DNA from: an uncultured bacterium
GTDB taxonomy: Bacteria > Cyanobacteriota > Cyanobacteriia > Cyanobacteriales > Rubidibacteraceae
DNA length: 64,000 nucleotides
Assembly (NCBI GenBank): GCA_964435975.1
Contig: CAYTBI010000004.1
Coordinates: 30,529 to 94,528, forward strand
Reading direction: 5' to 3'
The notes under the pieces were generated by a model that did not search any database, was not told where the DNA came from, and saw only the letters and a list, made by a program, of their open reading frames with translations. Positions 44,778 to 53,669 of this stretch are shown in pieces; position 1 is the first letter of the stretch, and the number at the start of each line of letters is the position of its first letter. The position numbers and the translations under genes are program-made.

Positions 44778-45719
44778 ATGAGCGGGAATGTAACCGTATC
44801 GGTGCTGATGCCTGTTTACAATGCTGCGGGCTATGTGGCCGAGTCGATTGAGAGCGTTCTTCGCCAAACCCTTACAGATTTCGAATTGTTGATTACGGAT
44901 GATGGCTCGACCGATAATTCGCTAGAAATTCTCAAGCGTTACGCCCAACAAGACAATAGGATTCGTCTTTTCAGCCGACCGAACCGCGGTCTGACACCGA
45001 CCCTCAACGAAATGATCGAGAAGGTCCGTGGGGAGTTCGTCGCGATTCTCGAGAACGATGACATTGCTGTGCCAGAGCGACTGGAGATGCAGGTGAATTT
45101 CCTGCGCGAGCGCGAGGACCATGTGTGCGTTGGCGGCGCACAAAAGCTTATTGACGATAAGGGCCGTTTCCTAACTCGTCTGTCTCTCCCGCAAGAGGAC
45201 GCGGAAATTCAGAACCTTGCTCTGCGCGGCCAGGGGGGAATTTGCCACCCAGGGGCAACAATACGCCGCACCGCCCTGGTCGAGGTTGGTGGCTACGATG
45301 AGGAAATGAGTTTGGCACACGACCTCGATTTGTTCCTTCGGCTGGGCGAGATCGGCAAGCTTGCTAATCTGGCGGCGCCCGTCATAAGCTACCGGTTGCA
45401 CGACAAGTCACTGAGCGAACGAAAGCGGATAGAGCAGCAGGAGGAAGCCAGGGTTGCCTGCGAAAGAGCCTGGAAACGGCGGGGCATCAGAGACGGTCAA
45501 TTCGCTTACCAAATGTGGCGACCCGGCCCCGATCTCGCGTCTCGCCACAAATTTGCTCTGAAGTACGGCTGGTGGGCTTTCAACAGCGCTCAGCGCGAGA
45601 CAGCCGTATCCTATGGTCTCAAGGCATTGAGGCTACGCCCGTTTGCATTGAGCAGCTGGCAGCTGTTTCTTGCCAGTCTTTTGAAGAAATCACCACTTCA
45701 CAGGCAACGCACGGGCTAG
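44778..45719 (+). CDS. Family-2 glycosyltransferase (paralog 4)
   Basis: ATG 2 nt after the upstream stop. VSVLMPVYNAAGYV, TDDGSTDNS, ENDDI, and C-terminal SRHKFALKYGWWAFNSAQR...SWQLFLASLLK. Confidence 0.85.
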   Translation: MSGNVTVSVLMPVYNAAGYVAESIESVLRQTLTDFELLITDDGSTDNSLEILKRYAQQDNRIRLFSRPNRGLTPTLNEMIEKVRGEFVAILENDDIAVPERLEMQVNFLREREDHVCVGGAQKLIDDKGRFLTRLSLPQEDAEIQNLALRGQGGICHPGATIRRTALVEVGGYDEEMSLAHDLDLFLRLGEIGKLANLAAPVISYRLHDKSLSERKRIEQQEEARVACERAWKRRGIRDGQFAYQMWRPGPDLASRHKFALKYGWWAFNSAQRETAVSYGLKALRLRPFALSSWQLFLASLLKKSPLHRQRTG

Positions 45720-45846
45720 CGTCGGGGTGATGCCTGCGGGCACCAGGGCGTTCGCTTAGATTTGGCCTTCCAATCCTGGGCCGAGCGATTGCCAAGGGTC
45801 GTTTATGCTAATAGCCAGGCACTTGACGCCCCTGCCACGACAGCCC

Positions 45847-46878
45847 ATGACTTCTCGACCCAAACTGGTCCGATTTCACATTCAACCCGATAGCGAAATC
45901 CCCGCCTCCCAGCAATTGGTGCAGCAATTGCAATTCGCAATTGCCTCCCGTGCCTATCCACCGGGGCATCGCCTGCCGAGCACGCGCCAGCTCGCATCGC
46001 TGACTGGGTTGCATCGCAATACAATTTCGAAGGTCTACCGCCAGCTCGAAGACAGCGGCCTCGTCGAATCGCAGGCGGGTTCGGGGATTTATGTAAAAGT
46101 CTTGGGCCACGAGGGCGAGCCTGCCGAGCGCGGCTGCGAAGATATTGAAGGCAGCAAGCTCGTGCAGCAGAGTGTCAATCGCCTGCTTTCTCTAGGCTAC
46201 GCTCTAGCCGAAATTCGCGAGATGTTTGTTGGCGAAATTGATTGGCGCTTGCGGTGCAGCGCGCGCGTGTTGGTAACCGTTCCGAGTAGCGATCTCGGAG
46301 CGGGAGAGATGATTTTGCAAGATCTCGAACCGGAATTGGAGATGCCCGTGCAGCTAGTGCCCCTAGAAGAGCTGCCAGACGTTTTGGCACAGACAGACTC
46401 AGCCACAGTGGTAACCAGTCGCTACTTCACCAGTGATGCCGAAGCGGCTATTGCCGAAGCAGGCGTTGGCGTGCGGGTGATGCCGGTCGATATTTATGAC
46501 TACAGCCTAGAAATGGAGGCGATCGCCAAACTTCCTGAAGGCAGTCGGTTGGGGTTAGTGTGCCTGAGTTCGGGACTTCTGGAGGGGGCCCGCAAGATCG
46601 TGGCGAGCTTTCGCGGCGACAGTATCGATTTAATCGTCGCCCAGAGCGACGATGCCTACAAGCTTAAAGGTTTGGTTCGAGCGGCAGATACGATCCTGTG
46701 CGATCGGGCGAGCTACGAGGGCGTACGAGCGTCGATTCGAGCCGCCGCAGACGATCTAATTCGCGCCCCCAAAGTGGTTTGTACGCAGAACTATGTGAGC
46801 GGCGAATCGATCGCACGGCTCAAGCGCGAGCTAGGAGTTGCCGGCGTCTCAGAAAATTCTGGAACTACCAGAACTTGA
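45847..46878 (+). CDS. GntR-family transcriptional regulator (possibly the cyanobacterial PlmA subfamily)
   Basis: N-terminal winged HTH LPSTRQLASLTGLHRNTISKVYRQLEDSGLVESQAGSGIYV. The long C-terminal domain does not look FadR- or MocR-like. The subfamily call is a guess. Confidence 0.7.
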   Translation: MTSRPKLVRFHIQPDSEIPASQQLVQQLQFAIASRAYPPGHRLPSTRQLASLTGLHRNTISKVYRQLEDSGLVESQAGSGIYVKVLGHEGEPAERGCEDIEGSKLVQQSVNRLLSLGYALAEIREMFVGEIDWRLRCSARVLVTVPSSDLGAGEMILQDLEPELEMPVQLVPLEELPDVLAQTDSATVVTSRYFTSDAEAAIAEAGVGVRVMPVDIYDYSLEMEAIAKLPEGSRLGLVCLSSGLLEGARKIVASFRGDSIDLIVAQSDDAYKLKGLVRAADTILCDRASYEGVRASIRAAADDLIRAPKVVCTQNYVSGESIARLKRELGVAGVSENSGTTRT

Positions 46879-47023
46879 CTCCTATCTAGGAGAGAAGTTG
46901 GCCTCGCACGCTCGAGGCTAACAAAGCTGCCGGGCGCTGTTTCTGTAGACCGTTGCAATAGACTGTCGGGCAAGGGTGGCATGCGAAAACTTTATGCACT
47001 GCAGCTTCGGACCCAGCGTTCCG

Positions 47024-47043
47024 ATCTTTTCGACTCTTTTCGA
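47024..47043 (+). repeat. Perfect 10-bp tandem direct repeat (TCTTTTCGAC x2) in the leader of the chemosensory operon
   Basis: Read directly from the sequence. Confidence 0.9.
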
Positions 47044-47332
47044 CGGGCAACTGTAGAATTGCATACAAAAAATTCCCGAAACTGGAATCCTCTACGGCCA
47101 AAGACAGATTCTCCGAAAGATCGAACGATTCTACCGAGTGCAGGTTTACAATATGCTCTAAATTCCGTAGCAAGCAGTTATGGTGCTTCGAGCCGGTCGA
47201 ATCTTGATGGCTGGCAGGGACTAAATGGGTGGAACTGAGTGCCTGGCCCGCATCATCATGACGGCGTTGCAGATAAAATTTCAGCGCGGACTGGCTTCGA
47301 GACGCAACTGATAGATAGCGTGACGAGATAAT

Positions 47333-48319
47333 TTGGCCAGAGAGTTCAGGAGCTCAAAGCAGGTGACGTTCGCACGGGAAATGCTAGAGGGTATGCCATC
47401 GTCGGCCAGCTACAAGGCAAACCAGCTTCGTGGTTTGCTACTGGGGCTGCAGCGCAACCAGGTCAGCGGCATCGTTTGCATTGAGGTTGCCGAGCGCAGT
47501 TCTGCTCGGCGAGTTCTGGTGTTTCAGGAAGGCGCGCTAGCTTACGCGGGCAAATCGCTGCCCGGGCCGCGAGACTTCGTTGTCGAGCTGTCTCGCTACT
47601 TGCAGATTGGCGTGATCGACACCGTGCTGGAATTCGCAGCCAAGCGTTCTTCCGTCCAAAGTTTGCTGGCAACGATGGTGCAAATTGAAGTGCTGCAATG
47701 GGCTGACATCAAAGCAGCCATGCGCAAGCAGGCAGCCGATATTCTCGAAGAACTTCTGACAACTTCTGGCACGGTAACCTTCGAGCCAGCCGATACGACT
47801 AAGTTCGACCTGCGCTACGACGAAAAAGAGCTTGGATTCGGTATCGATGCCCTCTTGCTAGAGTCAGACCTCCACAAGAAACGCCAGGCCGGTAGCGAGG
47901 CATCGCCAGTAGCGCCGCCAGATCGACAGCAGCAGCAGCAGCCAGCAGAGAATCTGCCAGTCATTCTCAGCGTCGATGACAGTTCGATCGCCCAGGCGCT
48001 GGTCAAGCGCGTCCTCGGTAAGAAGTACCACACGATCGCCTGCACTAGCGCGCTGGAGGCCCTGAGCAAGCTCGACAACATCGATAATGTCGCCTTGATG
48101 TTGGTCGATGTGACGATGCCGGACATGGACGGGTTGGAATTCTGCCGAACGGTTCGCAAGATTGAGAGATTCAAAAGTCTGCCCATCGTCATGATTACTG
48201 CCCGAGACAGCATGGTCGATCGCCTGCGCGGTCGTTTGGCTGGAACCAACCACTATCTCATCAAGCCAGTTAAGCCAGCAGATTTGCTGGCGGTGGTCGC
48301 CCTGCACGTGCCAGCTTGA
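47333..48319 (+). CDS. PatA-type response regulator (PATAN/DUF4388 N-domain + REC), PilG/PixG-like
   Basis: N-terminal PATAN-like region (LLGLQRNQVSGIVCIEV...RRVLVFQEGALAYAG), a Q5 linker, and a C-terminal REC (ILSVDDSS...LVDVTMPDMDG...LIKP). Start is TTG 47333 or ATG 47381. Confidence 0.8.
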   Translation: MAREFRSSKQVTFAREMLEGMPSSASYKANQLRGLLLGLQRNQVSGIVCIEVAERSSARRVLVFQEGALAYAGKSLPGPRDFVVELSRYLQIGVIDTVLEFAAKRSSVQSLLATMVQIEVLQWADIKAAMRKQAADILEELLTTSGTVTFEPADTTKFDLRYDEKELGFGIDALLLESDLHKKRQAGSEASPVAPPDRQQQQQPAENLPVILSVDDSSIAQALVKRVLGKKYHTIACTSALEALSKLDNIDNVALMLVDVTMPDMDGLEFCRTVRKIERFKSLPIVMITARDSMVDRLRGRLAGTNHYLIKPVKPADLLAVVALHVPA

Positions 48320-48439
48320 AGCCTGGGATAACACTGGCCTTGCCGGACAGGGCCAGAGAAGACCTTTAGTGGGACAATGCAACTGCAAGATTTGCCAATT
48401 GCTACCTGCGTTCGCTGCCCTTTCGCGGTCTCGGTGCCC

Positions 48440-49480
48440 ATGAGTGCTTATTTAAGTTTCGAACTCGATCGCCTGACCTACGCACTACCGGCGACGGCCG
48501 TCCGGGAGGTTTTTCCGCTGCCCGAGCTGGTTCCGATTGCTGAGGCACCGGGAGACATCATTGGCTTGCTCAATTTGCGGGGCCGTATCGTGCCGATGAT
48601 GCACCTGGCCAAGCGCCTCGGGCGCGCCTTGCCCCCCTGCCACCCGGACAATCGCGCCATCGTGCTGGAGTGGGACGGTTTGGTGCTAGGTGTCGTTGTC
48701 GATGCCGTCCGGGATGTTATCGAGCTTGCCCCGGAAGCTATTGCTGCCGAGCCAGACTACGGGCGCGTCGGTGAGGTCCATACAGCCTTTGTTGGCGGTG
48801 TCGCGCAGGTGGGCGAGACTCTGACGGTAGTGCTCGACCCCCAGACCCTCATTCGCGATGCGAGTAGCGTCGCTGTCCTGGCTGCTGCCGAGCCAGAAGA
48901 GATCGAAGCGGCAGCAGAATCCCTGGCGCCAACAGATTTTTATGCCCGCCACTTCCCCGAGGCAACGGCCGCCCAACGGCAGACCCTGCGCGATCGCGCC
49001 TCGGCGCTGCGCTCGTCTCTGGGCCGCGCTGCGGGCGACGGTCGGGACATTTTGCTGGCTGCTTTTAATTTAGAGGGCGAGCTTTTTGGCATCGACGTGC
49101 GGTACGTCCGGGAATTCATCCGCTTGCCGGAAGTGGTGCCAATTCCCTGCTGTCCGGCACACATTTTGGGAAATGCTAACTTGCGAGGCGATATCCTGAC
49201 GCTCGTCGATATCCGCTCGGCGCTCGGTTTACCCGCTGCCAATCGCGCCGGTCTCACCCAAGTTATGGCGATTGAGACGGGCGATCTCGTCGCAGGCATT
49301 CTCACAGGCGAGGTTTTTGACATCTTTTCGCTCCCGGCGGACGCCGTTCGAGAGGCCCCAACAGCCGGCCGAGCCCATCTCCAGGGGATGGCACAATACG
49401 GCGATCGTCCCCTGGGAATTATCGACCTCCCCGAGTTGTTGGCTCGGGGAGGTTTGATCGTGAATGAAACTATTGCTTGA
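48440..49480 (+). CDS. cheW: CheW-like coupling protein with two tandem CheW domains
   Basis: Two copies of the CheW pattern (YALPATAVREVFPLPELVPI...GLLNLRGRIVPMM and FGIDVRYVREFIRLPEVVPI...GNANLRGDILTLV). Confidence 0.85.
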   Translation: MSAYLSFELDRLTYALPATAVREVFPLPELVPIAEAPGDIIGLLNLRGRIVPMMHLAKRLGRALPPCHPDNRAIVLEWDGLVLGVVVDAVRDVIELAPEAIAAEPDYGRVGEVHTAFVGGVAQVGETLTVVLDPQTLIRDASSVAVLAAAEPEEIEAAAESLAPTDFYARHFPEATAAQRQTLRDRASALRSSLGRAAGDGRDILLAAFNLEGELFGIDVRYVREFIRLPEVVPIPCCPAHILGNANLRGDILTLVDIRSALGLPAANRAGLTQVMAIETGDLVAGILTGEVFDIFSLPADAVREAPTAGRAHLQGMAQYGDRPLGIIDLPELLARGGLIVNETIA

Positions 49481-49525
49481 CGAGATCGCTCGAGTTATTT
49501 CTGTGAAGGAGAGGAAAACACGCCA

Positions 49526-50905
49526 ATGAAATTAACCCATCAACTGCGTTGGGCGCTCGGAGCTATTGCCCTATCTGTAGGCACGAGTTTCTTCATCGCA
49601 ATCAGCAATAAAGAGCGCAGCAGTGGCGACGGCAGCCGTATCAACCAAGCAGGGATCGTTCGCGGCGCGACGCAGCAGCTCATCAAACTCGAAACCAACA
49701 ATCGACCCGACGACGAGCTGCGGGCAAAACTAACCGAGCGCATCGAAGCGCTGATTGGCGGCGGCGAGGTGATAGAGCCCAATGGCGATGTCTCGACGAT
49801 CGTGACAACGCAAGATGCCAATTTCCGCAAAGAAATCGAGGACGTTCGTATGGCTTGGGAGAGCCTGCAGGCGACGCTCGACCGCTACCGCACCGATCCC
49901 GGGCTACAAGAAGCGCTCATCGAAGAGAGCGAAGCCTACTTTATCGAAACCAACGAGGCCGTCTTTGCCGCCCAAGACATCGCCGACAGCAACTTCGTCC
50001 AAGCCAGAAACCTGGAGGTGGCCTTTTTTATTATCAAGTTGGCTATCATTCTCATCGCTTTCGGAATTCTGAAGCGGGTTACGGATGTACTGCAGGCCTC
50101 GGTGAGCAACGTCGCGAGCACCTCTTCTGAAATTGCCACCAGCGTCGAGCAGCAGGAGCGCATTCTCTCCCAGCAGGCGGCCTCGGTGACCGAGACTACC
50201 ACCACCATCGAAGAGCTAGGAGCCTCGACGATGCAATCGGCCGAACAAGCTGAATCTTCGGCGGCAGCGGCCCGCCAGGCCATCGAACTCTCCGAAAGCG
50301 GAACTGCCACAGTCTCGCGCGCGCGCAAGGGCATTACCGAGCTGCAAAGTAAAGTCGAGGCGATCGCCACCCAAATCGTGCGCTTGAGCGAGCAAACTGC
50401 TCAAATTTCAACAATTTCGGATCTGGTGGCCGATATTGCCAGCCAAACCAACATGCTTGCCCTCAATGCCGCAGTTGAAGCAGCGCGCGCTGGCGAACAG
50501 GGGCGAGGCTTTGCGGTAGTTGCCGGTGAGGTCCGCAAGCTGGCCGACCAAAGCAGAGACTCAGCCGGAAAAATTGGCACGCTCGTTGCCGAAGTCGAAT
50601 ATTCTATCAACTCAACAGTAATGGTTACTGACGAAGGCACTAAAACCGCAACGGAGGGCCTGCGCCTCACCGAGGAAACCGCTGCCGCTTTCAATGGCAT
50701 TGTCGAAGCAATCGACGCTGTGTTCGTCAACAATCAGCAGATTTCTCTTAGCTCCAAGCAGCAAGCCGTGGGCGTCCAGCAGGTGGTCTCGGCGATGAAC
50801 ACCATCAACCTGGGTTCTCGGGAATCGGCCTCGGGAGTCACCCAAGTTCGCTCGGCAGCCAGCCAACTCTCTGAAGTCTCGCGCCAACTACAAGAGAAGA
50901 TGTAA
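49526..50905 (+). CDS. Methyl-accepting chemotaxis protein, short form (PilJ/NarX-type sensor, no HAMP)
   Basis: TM1, an about 150-aa helical ectodomain ([19 protein letters not shown]), TM2, then directly the MA signalling domain ([37 protein letters not shown]). Confidence 0.85.
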   Translation: MKLTHQLRWALGAIALSVGTSFFIAISNKERSSGDGSRINQAGIVRGATQQLIKLETNNRPDDELRAKLTERIEALIGGGEVIEPNGDVSTIVTTQDANFRKEIEDVRMAWESLQATLDRYRTDPGLQEALIEESEAYFIETNEAVFAAQDIADSNFVQARNLEVAFFIIKLAIILIAFGILKRVTDVLQASVSNVASTSSEIATSVEQQERILSQQAASVTETTTTIEELGASTMQSAEQAESSAAAARQAIELSESGTATVSRARKGITELQSKVEAIATQIVRLSEQTAQISTISDLVADIASQTNMLALNAAVEAARAGEQGRGFAVVAGEVRKLADQSRDSAGKIGTLVAEVEYSINSTVMVTDEGTKTATEGLRLTEETAAAFNGIVEAIDAVFVNNQQISLSSKQQAVGVQQVVSAMNTINLGSRESASGVTQVRSAASQLSEVSRQLQEKM

Positions 50906-50909
50906 GCCG

Positions 50910-53234
50910 ATGTCGATGTATATCGAAGATGACGAGCTGCGCGGCATCTACGAGGGAACCAGCGCCGAGCAGATAGCCAGAATCGAGGCGGGCCTGCTAA
51001 AGCTCGAGGGCGGCAACTCGGCAGATGCCGGGGTCCTCGACGAGTTGCTGCGAGACTTGCACTCATTCAAAGGCGACTCGCGCATGCTCGGGGTCACCGA
51101 TGCCGAAGGCATTGCCCACTGCATCGAAGACATCCTCGGCGAAGTCAGCCAGGGCGATCGCCAGCTCGCAGCTACTGATTTTGACAGGCTCTATCGCAGC
51201 GTCGACGCCCTCCGGCAAATTGCACGCGAGGCGATCGCCGGCGAGCCCTCTGGTATCGACTCAGCCGCGATTGTGGCCGAGCTAGGCGGTAGCGCGGCGC
51301 CTGGCACCGCAAGACTCCTACCTGACAATCCTCTGCCCGATCTGCCCAATTTCGAAAACCTCGAAGGTGATGCAGCCGAGCTCGCTGCCCTGCTAGCAGC
51401 CGCTCGCGCGGCCGAAACGGCCGCGAAGTCGGCGCCAAATTTTGCTGAAGAGAGCCTCGATCTCGATGAGGCTGACTTCGAACCCATTGAAGACTCTCCA
51501 CCGACGACAACGGGAGCGGAAACAGCGGCCCCGGCAGGAGGAGCAGCCCGCGAAACTGTCGAATATCAAATCGATTCGGTGCGCGTCACCGCCAGTCAGC
51601 TCGATGGCCTGGCGGCCCGCGCCGGAGAGCTAGCGGTGACCAAGCTGCGATTCGAGCGCCGCCTGCAAGATATTGACGTCCTACTGCGACGGTGGGAGAC
51701 CTGGAGTGTGGCCCGCGCCCCCGAAGATGTTGCCGCCGCAACCGAGCTCGAGGCCCTCGGCCAGCAGGTTCGCCAACTGCGGACCGATGCTGGCGTCGAT
51801 ACCGATCGCCTCGAGGCGATCGTCGGCGACCTCGAGCGGGGCATTCGCAATTTGCGCCTGCTGCCTTTAGCAACCATTTTCAATCTGTTTCCCCGTACCG
51901 TTCGAGACTTAGCGCGGACGCAGGGCAAAGAAATTGACCTCGAGATCGAAGGTGGCGACATCTTAGCCGACAAGCGCATCCTCGAAGAAATCAAAGATCC
52001 CCTCACGCACCTGCTGCGTAATGCGATCGACCACGGCATCGAATCTCCCGAGGAGCGCCTCACTGCAGGCAAGTCCCTCCAAGGGACCCTACGCCTGCGA
52101 GGCGCGCGGGCGGGCAATCGCCTGGCCCTAGAAATTAGCGATGACGGACGCGGCCTGGATGTCGAGGCGATCGCTCGCACTGCCGAGCGCCGGGGCTTGC
52201 ATTCGCGCGCCGAGCTTGAGGCTATGCCCCCGGGGCGGCTGCAGAATTTGATTTTTGCCCCCGGATTCTCAACTCGGACCACTGTCACAGAGATTTCCGG
52301 GCGCGGTGTCGGTCTCGATATCGTGCGCGCCAATGTCGAGCGCTTGAAGGGCACCATTCAGGTCGAATCGACTCCTGGCAAGGGTTCTACCTTCCGTCTC
52401 AATTTGGGCACCGACCTTTCAACGACAACGGCATTTGTCGTGAGCGCCAGCCAGCAGATTTTTGCCGTTCCGGTAGATTTCGTTCGAACGGCCGTGCGGG
52501 TGCGGTCCACCGATATTTTCACGGTGGCAGGGAGCCCGACGATTACCTTCGAGGGCCAACCCGTGGCGGTGGCCCGCTTGGCCGAGCTGCTGGAGCTACC
52601 CGTTCGCGAGGGCGATCGCACCATGCCCTGCATCATCTTGCAGGCTGGGGGCGAGAGTCTGGGGATTTTGGTCGATGAGTTGCTAGCCCATCAAGAAATT
52701 GCCCTCAAAGCCACAAGCAAGCTCCTGCAGCGGGTCCGCAACGTACTGGGGGCAACTATTCTCGGCACTGGCAAGATTTGCACGGTGCTCAATCCCCGAG
52801 ACTTAATTGCCACAGCCGCCGCCAGGAGCGGCCGCGCGGCCGCCACACCCCTCTTCGCGGAGATAAAAACTCGGCCGCCACTGTTGTTGGTGGAAGATTC
52901 CTTGCCCATTCGCACCCAGGTGCGCCGCATTCTAGAGGGGGCGGGCTACGATGTGACTGTCGCCGTTGATGGGAGCGACGGCTGGGAGAAACTACGTGCG
53001 GGCAAGTTTGCTGGTGTGGTCTCCGATGTGGAGATGCCCAACCTCTCCGGTTTGGAGCTGACCGAGCGCATTCGCCAACATCCAGAATATGCCGATTTGC
53101 CGATTATTCTGGTCACCACGCTGGCTAAAGAGAGCGATCGCCGTCGAGGAGCAGTCGCAGGTGCCAACGCCTATCTGACCAAGGGCGATTTCGACCAAAC
53201 GTTGCTGCTCGATATTCTGCGGAGGTTTATTTAA
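50910..53234 (+). CDS. cheA: Hybrid histidine kinase CheA (Hpt-dimerisation-HATPase-CheW-REC)
   Basis: Hpt LHSFKGDSRMLG, N-box HLLRNAIDHGIE, G1 DDGRGLD, G2 GRGVGLDIV, a P5 CheW-like region, and a C-terminal REC (LLLVEDS...VVSDVEMPNLSG...LTKG). Confidence 0.9.
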   Translation: MSMYIEDDELRGIYEGTSAEQIARIEAGLLKLEGGNSADAGVLDELLRDLHSFKGDSRMLGVTDAEGIAHCIEDILGEVSQGDRQLAATDFDRLYRSVDALRQIAREAIAGEPSGIDSAAIVAELGGSAAPGTARLLPDNPLPDLPNFENLEGDAAELAALLAAARAAETAAKSAPNFAEESLDLDEADFEPIEDSPPTTTGAETAAPAGGAARETVEYQIDSVRVTASQLDGLAARAGELAVTKLRFERRLQDIDVLLRRWETWSVARAPEDVAAATELEALGQQVRQLRTDAGVDTDRLEAIVGDLERGIRNLRLLPLATIFNLFPRTVRDLARTQGKEIDLEIEGGDILADKRILEEIKDPLTHLLRNAIDHGIESPEERLTAGKSLQGTLRLRGARAGNRLALEISDDGRGLDVEAIARTAERRGLHSRAELEAMPPGRLQNLIFAPGFSTRTTVTEISGRGVGLDIVRANVERLKGTIQVESTPGKGSTFRLNLGTDLSTTTAFVVSASQQIFAVPVDFVRTAVRVRSTDIFTVAGSPTITFEGQPVAVARLAELLELPVREGDRTMPCIILQAGGESLGILVDELLAHQEIALKATSKLLQRVRNVLGATILGTGKICTVLNPRDLIATAAARSGRAAATPLFAEIKTRPPLLLVEDSLPIRTQVRRILEGAGYDVTVAVDGSDGWEKLRAGKFAGVVSDVEMPNLSGLELTERIRQHPEYADLPIILVTTLAKESDRRRGAVAGANAYLTKGDFDQTLLLDILRRFI

Positions 53235-53236
53235 AT

Positions 53237-53656
53237 ATGCCGACTGATACACCCATTAAAGTTTTGCTCGTCGAGGATTCTCCAATTGCTCTGGAAATTC
53301 TCAAGCGCCTGCTCGAGGATTCTCCCGAAATCGAAGTTGTCGGCACGGCTGCAGACGGAATTATGGCCATAGCGCTAGTCGAGCGCACGGATCCGGACGT
53401 CATTTGTACGGACCTGCAGATGCCGGGCATGGATGGCTACGAATTTACTAAGCAGGTTATGGAAAAGTACCCTCGCCCGATTATGGTGGTGAGCAATACG
53501 GTACAGCCAACGGATGTGGATAATATTTTTTCTTTGATGAAATTAGGCGCGCTGGACTTTTTCCCGAAGCCAACCACGGGCTCCTCGACAGACTACCGCA
53601 AACTGCAGGGGCTTTTGGTCTCAAAAATCAAGGTGCTTGCGAGCAAGCGCGCGTAG
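53237..53656 (+). CDS. Stand-alone receiver domain resembling the CheB N-terminal REC
   Basis: 139 aa: KVLLVEDSPIALEILKRLLEDSPEIEVVGTAADG...VICTDLQMPGMDGYEF...PRPIMVVS. It aligns along its length with the REC of the next gene. Confidence 0.85.
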   Translation: MPTDTPIKVLLVEDSPIALEILKRLLEDSPEIEVVGTAADGIMAIALVERTDPDVICTDLQMPGMDGYEFTKQVMEKYPRPIMVVSNTVQPTDVDNIFSLMKLGALDFFPKPTTGSSTDYRKLQGLLVSKIKVLASKRA

Positions 53657-53669
53657 GTTGAACTTCTCA

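Noticed and set aside
47927-47941. A (CAG)5 trinucleotide repeat.
   Set aside because: It is in frame and encodes the Q5 linker between the PATAN and REC domains of the PatA-type regulator. It could vary in length, but there is no evidence for a separate function.
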